Origin: the human T2T-CHM13v2.0 reference genome, Homo sapiens
Length of the DNA: 64,000 nt
Strand: one strand, 5' to 3'
NCBI RefSeq assembly: GCF_009914755.1
Contig: NC_060934.1
Position 1 is the stretch's first letter; each line of letters opens with the position of its first letter. Made by a program: the position numbers and the translations under genes. The notes under the pieces are model-generated. The model saw only the letters and a list, made by a program, of their open reading frames with translations. It had not been told where the DNA came from and did not search any database. Of the stretch, positions 41,107 to 54,092 are shown in pieces.

Positions 41107-42064
41107 ACATCTATTTTGAGGGTAAGAATTAGACTACAGAAATTTTCATGCATGGTGTTTGCTGCAGGACCATTTCAAAGAATCTAAGACTGACATTAAT
41201 GAGCCACCTACGTGAGGGCAGTTTCCATCATGGCTGATTATCAGAATCACCTGGTACTTGTTAAAACTAGAGTTTCCCAGGCCTCATCCTGTATATCGTG
41301 AATGAAAAAGGGATTCATGAATCTGTATGTTAACAAATGCCCCTGTGGTTCTGATGTAGTCAGCACTTCAGTGCCCTCAAATTTGGGAAGCACAGTTCTA
41401 GCCTAGTGGGATGTTCAACATTCTACCCCATGGGACAGCCAAGTCTAAGGTGGTACCCAGGCTCCCTGCAGCACTCCAGCTCCATGATGTCCACGGTGAG
41501 CCCTAAGCTCAGACCAGCTACTCTGGAATACTCAAGGGGGAGTGCCCAAGACCTCCCCAGGTTTTTCTTTATTATGCTTAGGCCCTAGTCTGCCTGGTTT
41601 TGTCCAAAAGGTCAGGGAAACCTGACTTCTAAGCCAGATGAATTCACTGGATGGGAGCCAAGTTGAACCAGATCCCCTGGGATCCATTTCCACTAATTAA
41701 ATAACTTCTCCCCTTCAGAGAAACATAGGCAGGGCCACTGCGAACCAGTGCCCAATTCAAGGAGGAAGACACCAGAAGCACCTTCATAACTCTGAGCGGA
41801 GCCTGGATGAGCAGCTGCATGGAACATGGGGAAAGCAGGAGTCAGTGAGGGAAAATATCAGGCAGGGTCAGCACCACATCTTCCCTCCTAGGTCACACCT
41901 CCTTCCCCAACCTACCTCCACGGACTCCCTATTAGCAGCCCAAGACCAGAGAGAATGGCCATTGTAACAACTGCACTTGCCAGACATGGCAGCCAAGAGC
42001 AGGAGCCTTGGCCTGGGCGTCTAGGCTCGTCAAGTAATCGTGCTTCTCAGAACCCCCATTTCTT

Positions 42065-42600
42065 CATCTTTCTGCTCCTCATCATGGATCTTCTCATAAT
42101 GAGGAATAGATACACACTCAAGCCAGATAGCAAAAGGCAGCTGACTCATTATAATACAGGTCCCATGGAATCCAAGGGTAGGAAAGATTCCACCTGGCCT
42201 CATGGGAACCAGGAAGCTGTTAAGAACGATGGCTCTATCTTCCAAGGCCTGCATGACCCATCTCTCCTCATTATACCTCCTCTCACATCTCCCATTCTCT
42301 CCATCTAAGGGCTTCCCTGCCACTACCTCAGTGTGCACAGTCATCATCACAGTTGCCTCAGTTCCCAAGACCTTACAACCTTTCAGCTCAGTTCCCAACA
42401 GCTCAATGGCTCAGTCCCTCAGTGTCCCCATTCTAAATTCCCAGGAGAGGAATCCAAGTCCATCCTGGTCAAGCAGGCTTCCTTCACCCAGCTAGCTGCA
42501 ATTAAGGATAGGGCACTCAGTACAAACCAGGAGCCTCAGTAGGGCCAGAGAGGGCTGCTGGGGGAATGATGGGCAGCACCCCACAGCATGTCTACTGCAG
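42065..42600 (-). mobile_element. Very old LTR relic (MLT1L/M or LTR33-like)
   Basis: TTCTAAATTCCCAGGAGAGGAATCC and GGCCTCATGGGAACCAGG motifs; highly diverged. Confidence 0.4.
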
Positions 42601-43587
42601 TCATGATAAAAATACTCAAGGGGGATTCTCAGGACTTCCCCAGGTTTTTCCCCCTGATACATTTTTCCCTGGGAAAAAAGTTACCCCCATTTGTCAAGCA
42701 TCTATTGGATGACAGACACTGAGCCATGTGATGCAATCCTCACTTCAAACATTCAAGGTCATTACTACAGACACAGAAATTGAGGCTCACAGGGTTGTGG
42801 TAACTTGTCCAGGACCACTCAGATAGTAATGGGTGAAGCAGGAATTCCAACTCAAGTCGACCAGGTTCCACAGCCTTGCACTTGCCTATCTGCCATCCAC
42901 CTCGAGGCGATTGCACCAGGAGATGGTACCATTTCCTCGAATCAGGATAAAAAGCAGAAGTTAACCATTTGCACTGCCTGTCCCACCAGGCTATACTGAA
43001 AACGACATGAAATCATGGACTAGAAAGTGCCTTGGGACACCTGAATAAAGACAAATGTGAAGTCTCAGATGTGCCTGTTACGGCCCTCCCATGGCATGGC
43101 GTTTGCTCACTGGACATTTCCCTGAGGACCACAGAGCATTTTTTGCCCCTTTTCTCTGTTGTCAGAATTAGTCAAGACCACAGCAGGGGACTTAGAAGCT
43201 CTCCAAGACCCCTTGGAAAGAACTGCCTGCTGCTTACAATCCAGTGGTGTGGCCCCCAGTAAACAGGATCTGAATTTTCAGCCCTGTGCTTGGCACTCCA
43301 AGGTAGGTAGCTGTTTGAATTGGAGTGACCTTCTTGTTTTTCACTAAAAAACTTAGCCAAAGGAGTTCATTAATTAGGCCCAAGTTGGGCATAACAGAGC
43401 ACAAACCACCTCAAACGCAACTCTCAAATGCTAACGCCACCCTTCAAATCCCAAGGTGGGGGCCAACCCCTTAGAATCTCTGCCCCAGAAGGGAGGTGGC
43501 TTTCCAGGGGTTCGTCCACATTCTGACATGGAAGGGATGAAAGGTATGATCTGAGGCCATGGAACAGGCCATGTTCTTTGGCCCTCA

Positions 43588-44005
43588 TGTTGGTTAATTT
43601 TATGTGTCATCTTGGCAAGGCTATGTTGTCCCGGTGTTTGATCCAATACTAGTCTAGATGTTGTTGTGATGGTATTTTTCAGATGTGATTAACATTTACA
43701 ATTACATTGACTTTAAGGAAAGCAGAAGGTACTCTATAATGTAGGCAGGCCTCATTTCATCAGTTGAAGGCCTCAAAAGCTAAAATAATGGCTTTCTGGG
43801 AAGGAAGGAATTCTGCCTCGAGAAATTCTGCCTGAGTTTCCAGCTTGCCAGCCTGCCCTACAAATCTCAGACTAGAGATTTCAATATCAATTCTTCTCTG
43901 AATTTACAGCATGCCAGTCTGCCCTACAGTCCCTTAAAATAAATCTCCCTCACTTCCTCTCTCACTGTTGCTCTCTAGTCATCTCTGAAGAATCTTGACT
44001 AAAGT
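43588..44005 (+). mobile_element. MLT2 (C/D-like) solo LTR
   Basis: TGTTGGTTAATTTTATGTGTCATCTTGG start; CCTCA flanks both ends. Confidence 0.85.
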
Positions 44006-44234
44006 CCTCAAACACTAGACCACCAATGGCAGCTGATGACATTCACCTCACACTGACTGAACAGCTTCTGCAGGTGAAAAGCAGACCACGCCGTGCAGTG
44101 CCTGGGTGCAGGTGTTATAGACTGAGTCCCCTCCTCCTCCCATGGGCTCCTGTCTTTCCTCCAGAGACAGGTTCTCACTTTGAAGCTTAGTGATTATACT
44201 ATGCAGAAATGACCCCGAGAATTATTCCAATTTT

Positions 44235-44395
44235 TGGACACTCGGTGTGTGCCCCACAGACCAGCTGCATGAGCATCGCCTGGGAGCTTATTGGAAATAC
44301 AGGTCAGGCCCCATCTCAGACCAGCTGAATCAGAATCTGCATCTTAACAAGATTCCTAGGTTATTCAGGCACACATAAAGTTTGAGAGGCACTGT
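44235..44395. mobile_element. MER5A MITE
   Basis: GCATCGCCTGGGAGCTTATTGGAAATACAG...GAATCAGAATCTGCATCTTAACAAGATTCC...AAAGTTTGAGAGGCACTG. Confidence 0.75.
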
Positions 44396-44529
44396 GATTG
44401 AAAGCAGCCCCATATTCCAGGATGTACACTAGACAAGATGTTAATAGATATGGGTGGAGTTCCTCATTAAACTCTTGCCAGATCTGAGCACTTGGCAAAA
44501 CTAATAAGGAAATAGATATTTCTCAGAAC

Positions 44530-44770
44530 TAAATAACAATAGGTTACATTAATGAGGTTTCACTAAGTGCCAAGCACTGAACTAAGGACTTTGTATGTAT
44601 TAACTCTCCCAGCAAACCTGAGGAAAGTACCATTAACATGCTCATTTTACAAAGGGCAAAACAGAAATACAAAAGATGTTAAGCAACTTGCCCAAGGTCA
44701 CACAGCAAATAAATAGCTGAGTCAGTATTTGAACTCAGGGAGCCCAGCTCCATAGGCTTATTCTGCCTCT
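44530..44770 (-). mobile_element. MIR SINE
   Basis: TTAAGCAACTTGCCCAAGGTCACACAGC...TTTGAACTCAGG. Confidence 0.8.
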
Positions 44771-44999
44771 CAAATTCAAAACACAGGGTCCTGTCAATGT
44801 TATATCAGGTATATAAGAGAAGATCTAGCATGAAAATAATCGCATCTGACTGTGGGGTTTGAGGAATGCTTCATAAAGAAGTCAACTTTTGAAATGGTCT
44901 TTGGACAACAGGTAGGAGTTTGGTAGGTGTTATAAGCTGTGGTGTCTTCCATGGGTAAGAAGGCTGTTCCCATGAAACAAGATGGAGTTTTCTACACAG

Positions 45000-45380
45000 C
45001 CAGGTACTCCTACGTGGATGCTGTTCCCTCTAACTGGAAAATCCCCAGCATCACCCCTTCCTGCTTCATCTGGTTACCTGGTTTCTCCTGGTGGGTGTCC
45101 TCCTTCAGATCTCAGCCTTCAGAGACTCCCACACTAGGTCAGGTTTCCCTTCTGGGCCCTCCTAACACCAATGGCTTTTCCTTCATGACACCTACACCAG
45201 CTTATAATTCAAGTTATTAGGAGAGTGTCTGATTAATGTCTGACTCTCCCACTAGACTGTGAGCTTCTTGAGGGCAGGAACTATGTCTTTCTGTACTCGC
45301 TTGTGAATGTCTGGGGGCTAGCCAGTGCCTGGCACACAGTCAGCACTCGGCACTCAGTAACTGTTAAGTGGATGCACGGC
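45000..45380 (+). mobile_element. L2 3' region
   Basis: CCCCACTAGACTGTGAGCTTCTTGAGGGCAGGAACTATGTC...GCCTGGCACACAG. Confidence 0.8.
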
Positions 45381-45479
45381 AAGGATTATCTGCATTTCTC
45401 AATCATCAGCACCCATCCCCTACATCCGCACAGAAGTTGGAGAATGGGCTGCAACCCACAGCAGGAAACCAGCCTCCCC

Positions 45480-46160
45480 TTGATTAATAAATGACAAACA
45501 AGAATGCTGCCAAACCTGCATACCTTGGGTTTATCCGTTTCAACTCATTCCTAATGTGAACTCACAATGAGCACAGACAAATAGCTGTTTGTAATCCTAA
45601 CAGCTGTTACTTGTAAAAGGTTGTACTGTTACCCCCAAAGCATAAATCAGAAGATGGAAACTAAATCATGCATTTATATTAAAAACATGGAATACATTCC
45701 AACAATGCCGTGGCTTCTCCAAATCTCAAGATCAAAAAGGAACGAAGTTAAGTTGAATCCTTCTGAGTTTAAGGCACCGCGAGGTTAGTTCAAACACCAG
45801 TACCATTGACCTAAGGGGCAAATTCTCCAGGACTGTATAATAGATTTGACAAATTTTTGCAAGTAAATTCTCTGTTCATTATGAAAACCTTCTTTCAGAG
45901 GCAAGCACTATTTTGATAAGGAATTAATTTAGTGGTAAATGAAAGAATCCATTGCAATTCAGAGCCCTGCCTCGTGTGGTCAGCTTGGGAACCTATCGCA
46001 AACCCTTCATTTCAGGCCACTTGGCTACTAGACTGTTTAATAAAGGCATCTCTTTTCCAAATCAGGTTGCCATTTATCAAAGCTGCAATTCTTCTCCTGA
46101 GGGTCCAGTTCCATGTTCATTTGCTTGTTTACCGAGTCTCATTTAGTCTTTTTTAGCTCC
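45480..46160. promoter_or_regulatory. Candidate conserved non-coding element / developmental enhancer
   Basis: Repeat-free block with TGATTAAT + TGACA, ATAAATCA, TAACAGCTGTTA, TAATCC, ATCAAAG and TGTTTAC motifs; conservation not testable here. Confidence 0.35.
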
Positions 46161-47195
46161 AAATATAAATCTGTCTCCAACTTTGACTTAGGACCAAGGA
46201 TTTCTAAAAGCAAGTCAGACTTCAGAATGTTGTTCTTTCCTGTAGCAAAGTCTTATCAGATCCCACCACACACATACTGATCTTGTGAAAATAAACTTAC
46301 TGGAAAACCAATAAGAAGCCCAGCTTTGGGACTGGTGACAGTGAAAACAAATCATAAATGTAGCCCATAGCTACAGAAGGCTCTACTTGCAGAGGCTTCT
46401 TTTATTCTCCAAATATGGCAAAGGATTTGCTAAGAGACATTCAATTCTCCTGCAATTCTGGATTGCCCAAAGCAAATATAATTTGAAGCATTAATATCTA
46501 GTAGCCCAGTGCAGTCAGAGCTGACATGAAGTCAGAAATAACTGATTTCAGAAGAAAGGATTTCTCTAGACAAAGGAATGATTGCATTTCCAGTTGCCCT
46601 TTGAGACATTTGAGTCTCAAAAGGGCTGGTTTGTTCTCAAGAAGACAAAAGTTTTAGGATATTGGATGAAGAATTTCTTCAATGTGGTTTGTTAATCTCC
46701 TTGCTAAGTCTGAGACTCCTAAAGAGAAATGATTCATTTATGACTCAGTTCATCCTTCTGCTTCATGACCTAGTACATGAAAGACAACAGAAAGGTCAAT
46801 GTTTTCTCTGTTAGACAAGGTCCTGTCAAATATTTATGATTGAGGGCCAGGCTATTTACATCTAGGAAGCAAATTCTTCCTCATTCAGGACTTTCCAAAA
46901 ATCTTCCAGCATTGAAACTTAAATTTAAGCACTTAGACCAAGAATCTCACAGGAGCATCCTGATGGCTGAACTTAGCTGGTATATGTGTTTCAACTGGCA
47001 CTGACTATTTTTTAAATTGAATTTCTGAGTCTTTGGACATGCCACCCCTTCTATTATACACCTGATTTGCTTCACTAATGTACTTTACCTGCTGGCTCTT
47101 GAAAGTATTTGAGTTTCTTAACCCTCATAAAGATGGAATCTTCCTAAAAAGTGTTGTGTCCTTCCCACTATTCTTAAACAGAATATCTAGAATAT

Positions 47196-47600
47196 TGAAA
47201 CCAACTTGATACTCCCATAGACTGTTCTTTTTGATAAACATAGAAATCGGCCCTTGTGCTGTTAAAGCTTAAAACTTGTATTTGTTTTATCTGAGTTCCT
47301 TCCTCCTTCAGAGCTTCTCAAAAAAAGTATCAAAGAATTGAAATGCACCAGAGCATGGCACCAGATGCCTCCTTGCCTCTCCCTAGTTCTTGTTTCCTTA
47401 CACATTGTTACATTTCTTCCCTGCTACATAAACCCTTAGTTTTAGTCAGTCAGGGAGATGGATTTGAGACTGAGCTCCCATCTCCCTGATGGAGCACCCA
47501 ATTAAAGCCTTCTTCCTTGGCAATACTTGTTGTCTCAGTGATTGGCTTTCTGTGTGGTGAGCAGCAGGACCTGGACCAAACCTCTGGTGTTTCAGCAACA
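47196..47600 (+). mobile_element. ERV1 MER4-group solo LTR (MER83-like)
   Basis: TGAAACC...CCCATAGACTGTTC...GATAAACATAGAAAT start; ATTAAA poly(A) signal; ends GGTGTTTCAGCAACA; 4-bp flanks ATAT/AAAT. Confidence 0.75.
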
Positions 47601-47994
47601 AAATAACTTAACATTCTCTTAATAATTTAAAGTTATCACAGTGAAACTCAGTGATTATACCACACAGAAATGCCCTTGTGGATTATTCAGATTTGGGGAC
47701 AATCAATAGTCCCAGGATGCTATGCTTCTTGAGCTTTTTAAAGCTGCTTCATCTTGCCCCATCTATGTGATCATTACCTATTCCATTTCACTGTTGCCTC
47801 TGTGCCTGCCATCACCATAACCAAACACACATACACACATACAGAGAGAGAGAGACTCCTGACACGTATAAACGCTTTCTAACCCTCCACTGTTCTGTGG
47901 TCTAGAAAACAAGAAGTTAATTTGATTAGAATTGTGTGCAGAATAGTAGTAAATAGGATCTGAGTTAGGAAGTCCTTAAGGAAGTTGTCTCTCT

Positions 47995-48106
47995 TTTTAA
48001 AATTTTTTTCATTTTTAATTTTTGTGGGTACATAGTAGATGTATATATTTATGGGGGACATGAGATGTCTTGATACAGGCATGCAATATGAGATAAGCAC
48101 ATCAAG
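47995..48106 (-). mobile_element. L1MA-type extreme 3' end
   Basis: TTTTTGTGGGTACATAGTAGATGTATATATTTATGGG...GATACAGGCATGCAAT. Confidence 0.85.
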
Positions 48107-48760
48107 TGGAGAAATAGGAACACTTTTACACTGTTGGTGGGACTGTAAACTAGTTCAACCATTGTGGAAGTCAGTGTGGCAATTCCTCAGGGATCTAGAA
48201 CTAGAAATACCATTTGACCCAGCCATCCCATTACTGGGTATATACCCAAAGGACTATAAATCATGCTGCTATAAAGACACATGCACACCTATGTTTATTG
48301 CACCACTATTCACTATAGCAAAGACTTGGAACCAACCCAAATGTCCAACAATAATAGACTGGATTAAGAAAATGTGGCACATATACACCATGGAATACAA
48401 TGCAGCCATAAAAAATGATGAGTTCATGTCCTTTGTAGGGACATGGATGAAATTGGAAATCATCATTCTCAGTAAACTATTGCAAGAACAAAAAACCAAA
48501 CACCGCATATTCTCACTCATAGGTGGGAATTGAACAATGAGAACACATGGACACAGGAAGGGGAACATCACACTCTGGGGACTGTTGTGGGGTGGGGAGA
48601 GGGGGGAGGGATAGCATTAGGAGATATACCTAATGCTAAATGACGAGTTAATGGGTGCAGCACACCAGCATGGCACATGTATACATATGTAACTAACCTG
48701 CACATTGTGCACATGTACCCTAAAACTTAAAGTATAATAATAATAAAATAAAATAAAAAA
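48107..48760 (+). mobile_element. L1PA3-like, 5'-truncated (ORF2 C-terminus + 3'UTR + tail)
   Basis: ORF2 end (...LLHCWWDCKLVQPLWK...IFSLIGGN*); 3'UTR TAGGAGATATACCTAATGCTAAATGACGAGTTAATGG; perfect 17-bp TSD GAGATAAGCACATCAAG. Confidence 0.95.
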
Positions 48761-50495
48761 GAGATAAGCACATCAAGATGGCAATAATAAATGCAAATTC
48801 TTCATCACCATTTTGACTGCTCAGAAATCATCACTGTTTCACAGGCTCTTTAAAAAAAGGTCAGTAAATACACGACTCCTGTCTAATGAAAAGAAAGTTA
48901 GCAATTGAAATTCTGAGAATACAATCTCCCACAAAAAATCAAAACCCACTCACTGAGCCAAACAAAAAGCATGCTCACTGACCTCCAATTCTTGGCCATC
49001 ACTGCCAACTACAAAAGAAATAATTAGAAACAAACAGCCACAGACGCTATACTCTTGAGTTGAAGAGGAAACATCAAGAGCGCATTGCATCCAGTACTGT
49101 CATACAAGTCATTCACATAAGCAGAAAGCCACTTTCCAGTCCCTAGATAACTATGGCCAAGCTAGCCCAGCCAAGAACCTCTTCTCATTCTGTACTAGAA
49201 GGCCACAAAAGCAGCTCACTCAGAGGGGCTGGGCTGCCTTGCTCCTCTTAATCCAGTCAGGCTCACTGGCCATCCTCAGTCCAGGTTTTTATCTCTTCTC
49301 ACTTGAGCTACTACAATGACTCCCCCAACTGACCTCTCTGTCTCCCTGAGTCATCCGGCCACTTTTTAATCCTCTGCTCACATTGCATTGCATCCAGAGA
49401 AAGACAAATTTCAGTCTGTCTCCCTTTTACCTAAATTTTAAAAAGACTACTTTCCTCAACCTCCATCATTTGGCTACATTCATCCTCATCACAGCCCCAG
49501 ACTGTGGCCAACCACATTTCTCTCTGCTTTCCCACCACACCATAGTCATTGCCACCTCCTGCCTTTTTTCGTGCTCTGTGGCTTCCAGAAACACCGTCTT
49601 TTCCTCTGTGTCTGTCCAAACTCCACCCATCCTTCATATTGCCACTTAAGAAGCTGTTCCCAGACACCCTATCCCTTAAGGGTGCTCCTTTCATTCAACT
49701 CCTTACAGCTCCCAATATTTTAAGCACTCCTTTTATTTTCCACTGTCCTGGGCATAGGCCCTGGCCCTGGAGTAGAGCAGGAATCTGACCCAAAACTTCT
49801 TTGGGGTCTCCTACTTAATATCTATCCCTCTAAATCCTAATATGTTCTATGAACACAACTGCCCTTGTACATGATGACCCTAAGAACAGCAAAGTTTATA
49901 TTTGGAGAAACTGCAGACCTCTCCCAGAATGACACATTGCCCTTCAAATCTCACGGAGAAAGAGCGTGTGGGCCAAGTGCCCAGATATCTAGCAAAGAAA
50001 GGCAAGTCAGCCTCCTCCCTTCCCCCAACCCGCCACTCTTGCCAGACAGCATTTAAAATGCACTTCAGCGCGTTCCTCTTTTATTTGGAAAGGAAACAAG
50101 TCTTGACATTCTGTTTCTCCCATTTCATTAAGGACAGAGGTCATCCCAGGAAGGGGAAGGGTAGTTTCCAAAGAGAACTTGTGAGGGAGTGGAGGTGGGG
50201 CAGGGGACGCTCTCGTCCCTTCTCGTTAGCCCACTTTACCCTTTGAAGAGAACAAGCCCAGCTTTCACAGTGAATTATTTGCAGGGTGGCTTCTGCCAGG
50301 ACTGGGCTCTCGCTAGCTGAGGCAATACCCGGAAGGATTACATGATAGCTCAAGGACAGACAAGGTGTCCAGAAGGAACTGGCCGGAGGAGGTGACACTG
50401 AGACAGCCTGGAGATAAGGGGGTAGAAAAGGGAGAAGGGAGGAGGTAGGGGGTGTGTGTTAAATAGAAACTCAGAAAAAGCTAAACCTGTACATT

Positions 50496-50515
50496 TCTCT
50501 CTCTCTCTCTCTCTG

Positions 50516-50582
<67 letters not shown>
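50496..50582 (+). repeat. Compound (CT)n-(CA)n microsatellite
   Basis: Direct reading of the sequence. Confidence 0.97.
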
Positions 50583-50584
<2 letters not shown>

Positions 50585-50939
50585 CATGCACAGAAACACA
50601 TTCTTTGCTTTCCCTCCCCATCTGTAACTCCCCAAGGCATTTCTATAAATAAACGATAGGCCCCTGAGCCTGCAATAGGACCGTTATTAACTCTTGCAGT
50701 GTTCTGGCTATAAGTGTGTGAACACTTTTCCTCACTTCATGGTTTGCAAAGCCTTTTCCCATATGTAATCTCCACCTGACTCCTACATCACACACTTGAA
50801 AAGTCCTTTAGCTTCTCCTCATCATTCCCATATATAGAATTGGGCACCCCACACCCACACTCTCAAAGTTCTTAGCCTTAAAGCTGTAAGTTTCAAGTTG
50901 GCTACTCCAAAAATTTCTTATGGTTTGAGCCACATTATC

Positions 50940-51720
50940 TATTTTCAAAATTATCAAATATTGTACATATTTATGGGGTACAATGTGATATTTCGATATA
51001 TGTATACATTGTAGAATGATCAAATCAAGCTAATTTAACAGGCTCATCAACTCACATACTTACGATTTCTTTGTGATGAGAACATTTAAAATCTATCTTT
51101 TAGCAATTTTGAAATATGCAATATATTATTATTAACTATAGCCACCATGCTGTGCAACAGATCCCCAGAACTGACTCCTCCTGTCTAAAAATGAAACTTC
51201 GTACACCTTGACCAACATTTCCCCATTCCCTATCTGCCCCCACCTATCAGCCTCTTATAACTACCATTCTACTCTCTACTTCCATGAGTTTGAAGTTTTT
51301 AGATTTCACATTCTAAGTGAGATCACATAGGATCTGTCTTTCTGTGCCTGGCTTATTTCACTTAGCATGATGTCCTCCAGGTTAATTCATGTTGTCATCA
51401 CAAATAACAGAATTTTCTTCTATCTTAAGGATGAATAGTATTTTGTTGTGTATATATACTAAAATTTTTATCCATTCATCTATTGATGGTCACTTAGGTT
51501 ATTTCCATATCTTGGGTATTGTGAATAATGCTGCAATTCACATGGGAGTGCAGATATCTCTTCAACGTATTGATTTCAATTCATTTGGATGTACACCCAG
51601 AAGTGGGATTGCTGGATCATATGGTAGTTCTATTTTCCATTTTTTCGGGAACCATCATACCGCTTTCCAAAATGGCTGTACTAATTTACATTCTCACCAA
51701 CAGTGTACAAGAGTTCCCTT
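50940..51720 (-). mobile_element. L1MA-type 3' region
   Basis: TTGTACATATTTATGGGGTACAATGTGAT...AGTGGGATTGCTGGATCATATGGTAGTTCTATTTT. Confidence 0.9.
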
Positions 51721-53289
51721 TAATCCAGAGGCCTTTACATGCATAATGTCACTTAAATTCCACAAGAATCCTGAAGGGTAAACATGATCAAGGCATGTCA
51801 GAGGAGGAAAGTGAAGCTCTAATGTTACGTTATGTGACAGGAGTGTAGAGTATGGGGTGCAGTGTCTTGAACCCAGGTCTGTATAGCTATAGTGCACGTG
51901 TTCTTCACTCCTGCCCTGAGGTCCTCTTCCTAAAAGTTCTTTATCATCTAAGATTCCAGAGCATCTACCGGGGGGTTTAGTCAGACATCTGGAATGCCAG
52001 GATTCATAACCAATTAAGCTTCCCCATGCCTATAGTGGTGTCTTTTACTTTTCACTTCAACATTTATTTTGCCAGACTCCATACTAGGTAAAGTGGGTAA
52101 AGCAGTCAATAAGACACACATGTCCTGCTCTCATAGAACTTAAAGTCTGATTAAAAGAGACGATTCATAAATGCACACACAATTAAATAAATGGACCAAT
52201 TTGCCAAGAAGCTTCAAATCCACAGAGAATAAACACAATGTAGTTTTCATTTTTTTCCACTATCCTTGACTTGCTATGTCAAATCATCTCCTCCTCTTTC
52301 CCCCCCTTTAAAATATCTCACAGTTTCCATTACTTCCTGTCACTTTCAGCTATTCAGTTTAGTCAAGACCAGTTTAAACCTCCATCTCAGATCTGATCCC
52401 AAGCCCTCTGCCCTCCCAGAGTAGCCAAGACTTGCTGCCACTGGGGCTTGGCATAGATCCAGGTGGGTCTGCTCTGTCTCTGTTCTCACCTCTCTACCCA
52501 CCTCATCAGGATGTAGTTCCCTCCATGGCAGGGGTGGGAAGGGGAAGGGGTGTTTGAGCTCTTCCTCCCCAGGCCCCAGCCCTTGCCACTTGTAGCCCAC
52601 CTCACAAACTCTTGTTGCTTGGAGACCCTCATCCAGAGGGTGGCTATCTTCGGGGGGCAGAGGGGGGCACAGCAAGTCAGCCCAGGCCCAGTACCTTCCT
52701 CAGCATTCTTTTGATGCGTGGGAAATCTAACCATCCTGCTGCGCCAAGCTGTGGGAAGGAGCCTGTGCCATGGCCACACCGTATTTCAGCCCTGCCTTCT
52801 CTCTCCAATGTTTCTCTTCTCCTGGGACAGGGCTGACAGCAGGACTGCTGCCCAGGCAGATGTCTAGCCAGTAAACATGACATTAGTGATCCCCTTAGCA
52901 CCCCCAACTCTCCTTTGGCTTGGAGGAGGGAAAACCCCTGTTCCTGGTCCTGCTCCTGGGAATATGCTCACAAGGAACTCTGTACCTCCTCCAGGCTGAA
53001 AACTCTGAGCCCCTTATTCCAGCCCAGACTTCTCCTTACAGACCCAGGACAGGGGCAGGGTTGGTGGTATTAAGGCCAGTTCTGCCACTGCATTGCTGAA
53101 GGCTGGTTAAGAGCTCTCTTTAGAAAACCAGAGTGCTTAGCACTTTCTGGGTCACCTTTGGGCAATGGCAGCCATTCCAAGACAACAGAACAAAATCTCA
53201 CTCACACCCTATTACATAGAATTCTAATTGTGAGATGTGTGAGAAAGGAAAAGAACAGGGTGCTATGAGAGGAAATACCCATGCTCAGG

Positions 53290-53495
53290 ATCACACTTCT
53301 GGATCTCAAATCCCAGCTCTGCCCCTTACTAACTGTGTGACCTTGGGCAGGTTACTTCGCCTCTCTGTGCCTCAGCTTCCTTATTTGTAAAATGGTGATG
53401 ATAACAGTACATACCTCATAGGACGAAATGAGAAAATGTAAACAAAACTCTTAACATAGCGCCTGTCACATTAATAAATGCTCAGTAAACGTAAG
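53290..53495 (+). mobile_element. MIR SINE
   Basis: TCAAATCCCAGCTCTGCCCCTTACTAACTGTGTGACCTTGGGCAGGTTACTT...CTCTGTGCCTCAG. Confidence 0.9.
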
Positions 53496-53558
53496 TTCCC
53501 TGAGGGATCCAGGCACCTCACAGGCACCCAACAACACTTGATGAAATAATGAATGAGG

Positions 53559-53766
<208 letters not shown>

Positions 53767-53788
53767 TTACACTTACACATAGATTTTC

Positions 53789-54092
53789 TTTCTTTCTTTC
53801 TTTTTTTTTTTTTTGAGTTGGAGTCTCGCTCTGTCGCCCAGGCTGGAATGCAGTGGCGCGATCTCGGCTCACTGCAAGCTCCGCTTCCCGTGTTCACGCC
53901 ATTCTCCTGCCTCAGCCTCCTGAGTAGCTGCGACTACAGGCGCCTGCCACAGCGCCCGGCTAATTTTTTTTGTATTTTTTTTAGTAGAGACGGGGTTTCA
54001 CCGTGTTAGCCAGGATGGTCTCAATCTCGTGATCCCCCTGCCTCGGCCTCCCAAAGTGCTGGGATTACAGGCGTGAGCCACCGTGCCCGGCC
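53789..54092 (-). mobile_element. AluY with a small internal deletion
   Basis: GCAAGCTCCG, CACGCCATTCTC and CCGTGTTAGCCAGGATGG; many CpGs retained; perfect 15-bp TSD TACACATAGATTTTC. Confidence 0.95.

Noticed and set aside
48039-48533. 164-aa ORF as a host gene
   Set aside because: It is the L1 ORF2 C-terminus of a 5'-truncated insertion with no promoter
52655-52672. CTCF-like GCAGAGGGGGGCAC
   Set aside because: Three mismatches to the core consensus; too weak without ChIP data
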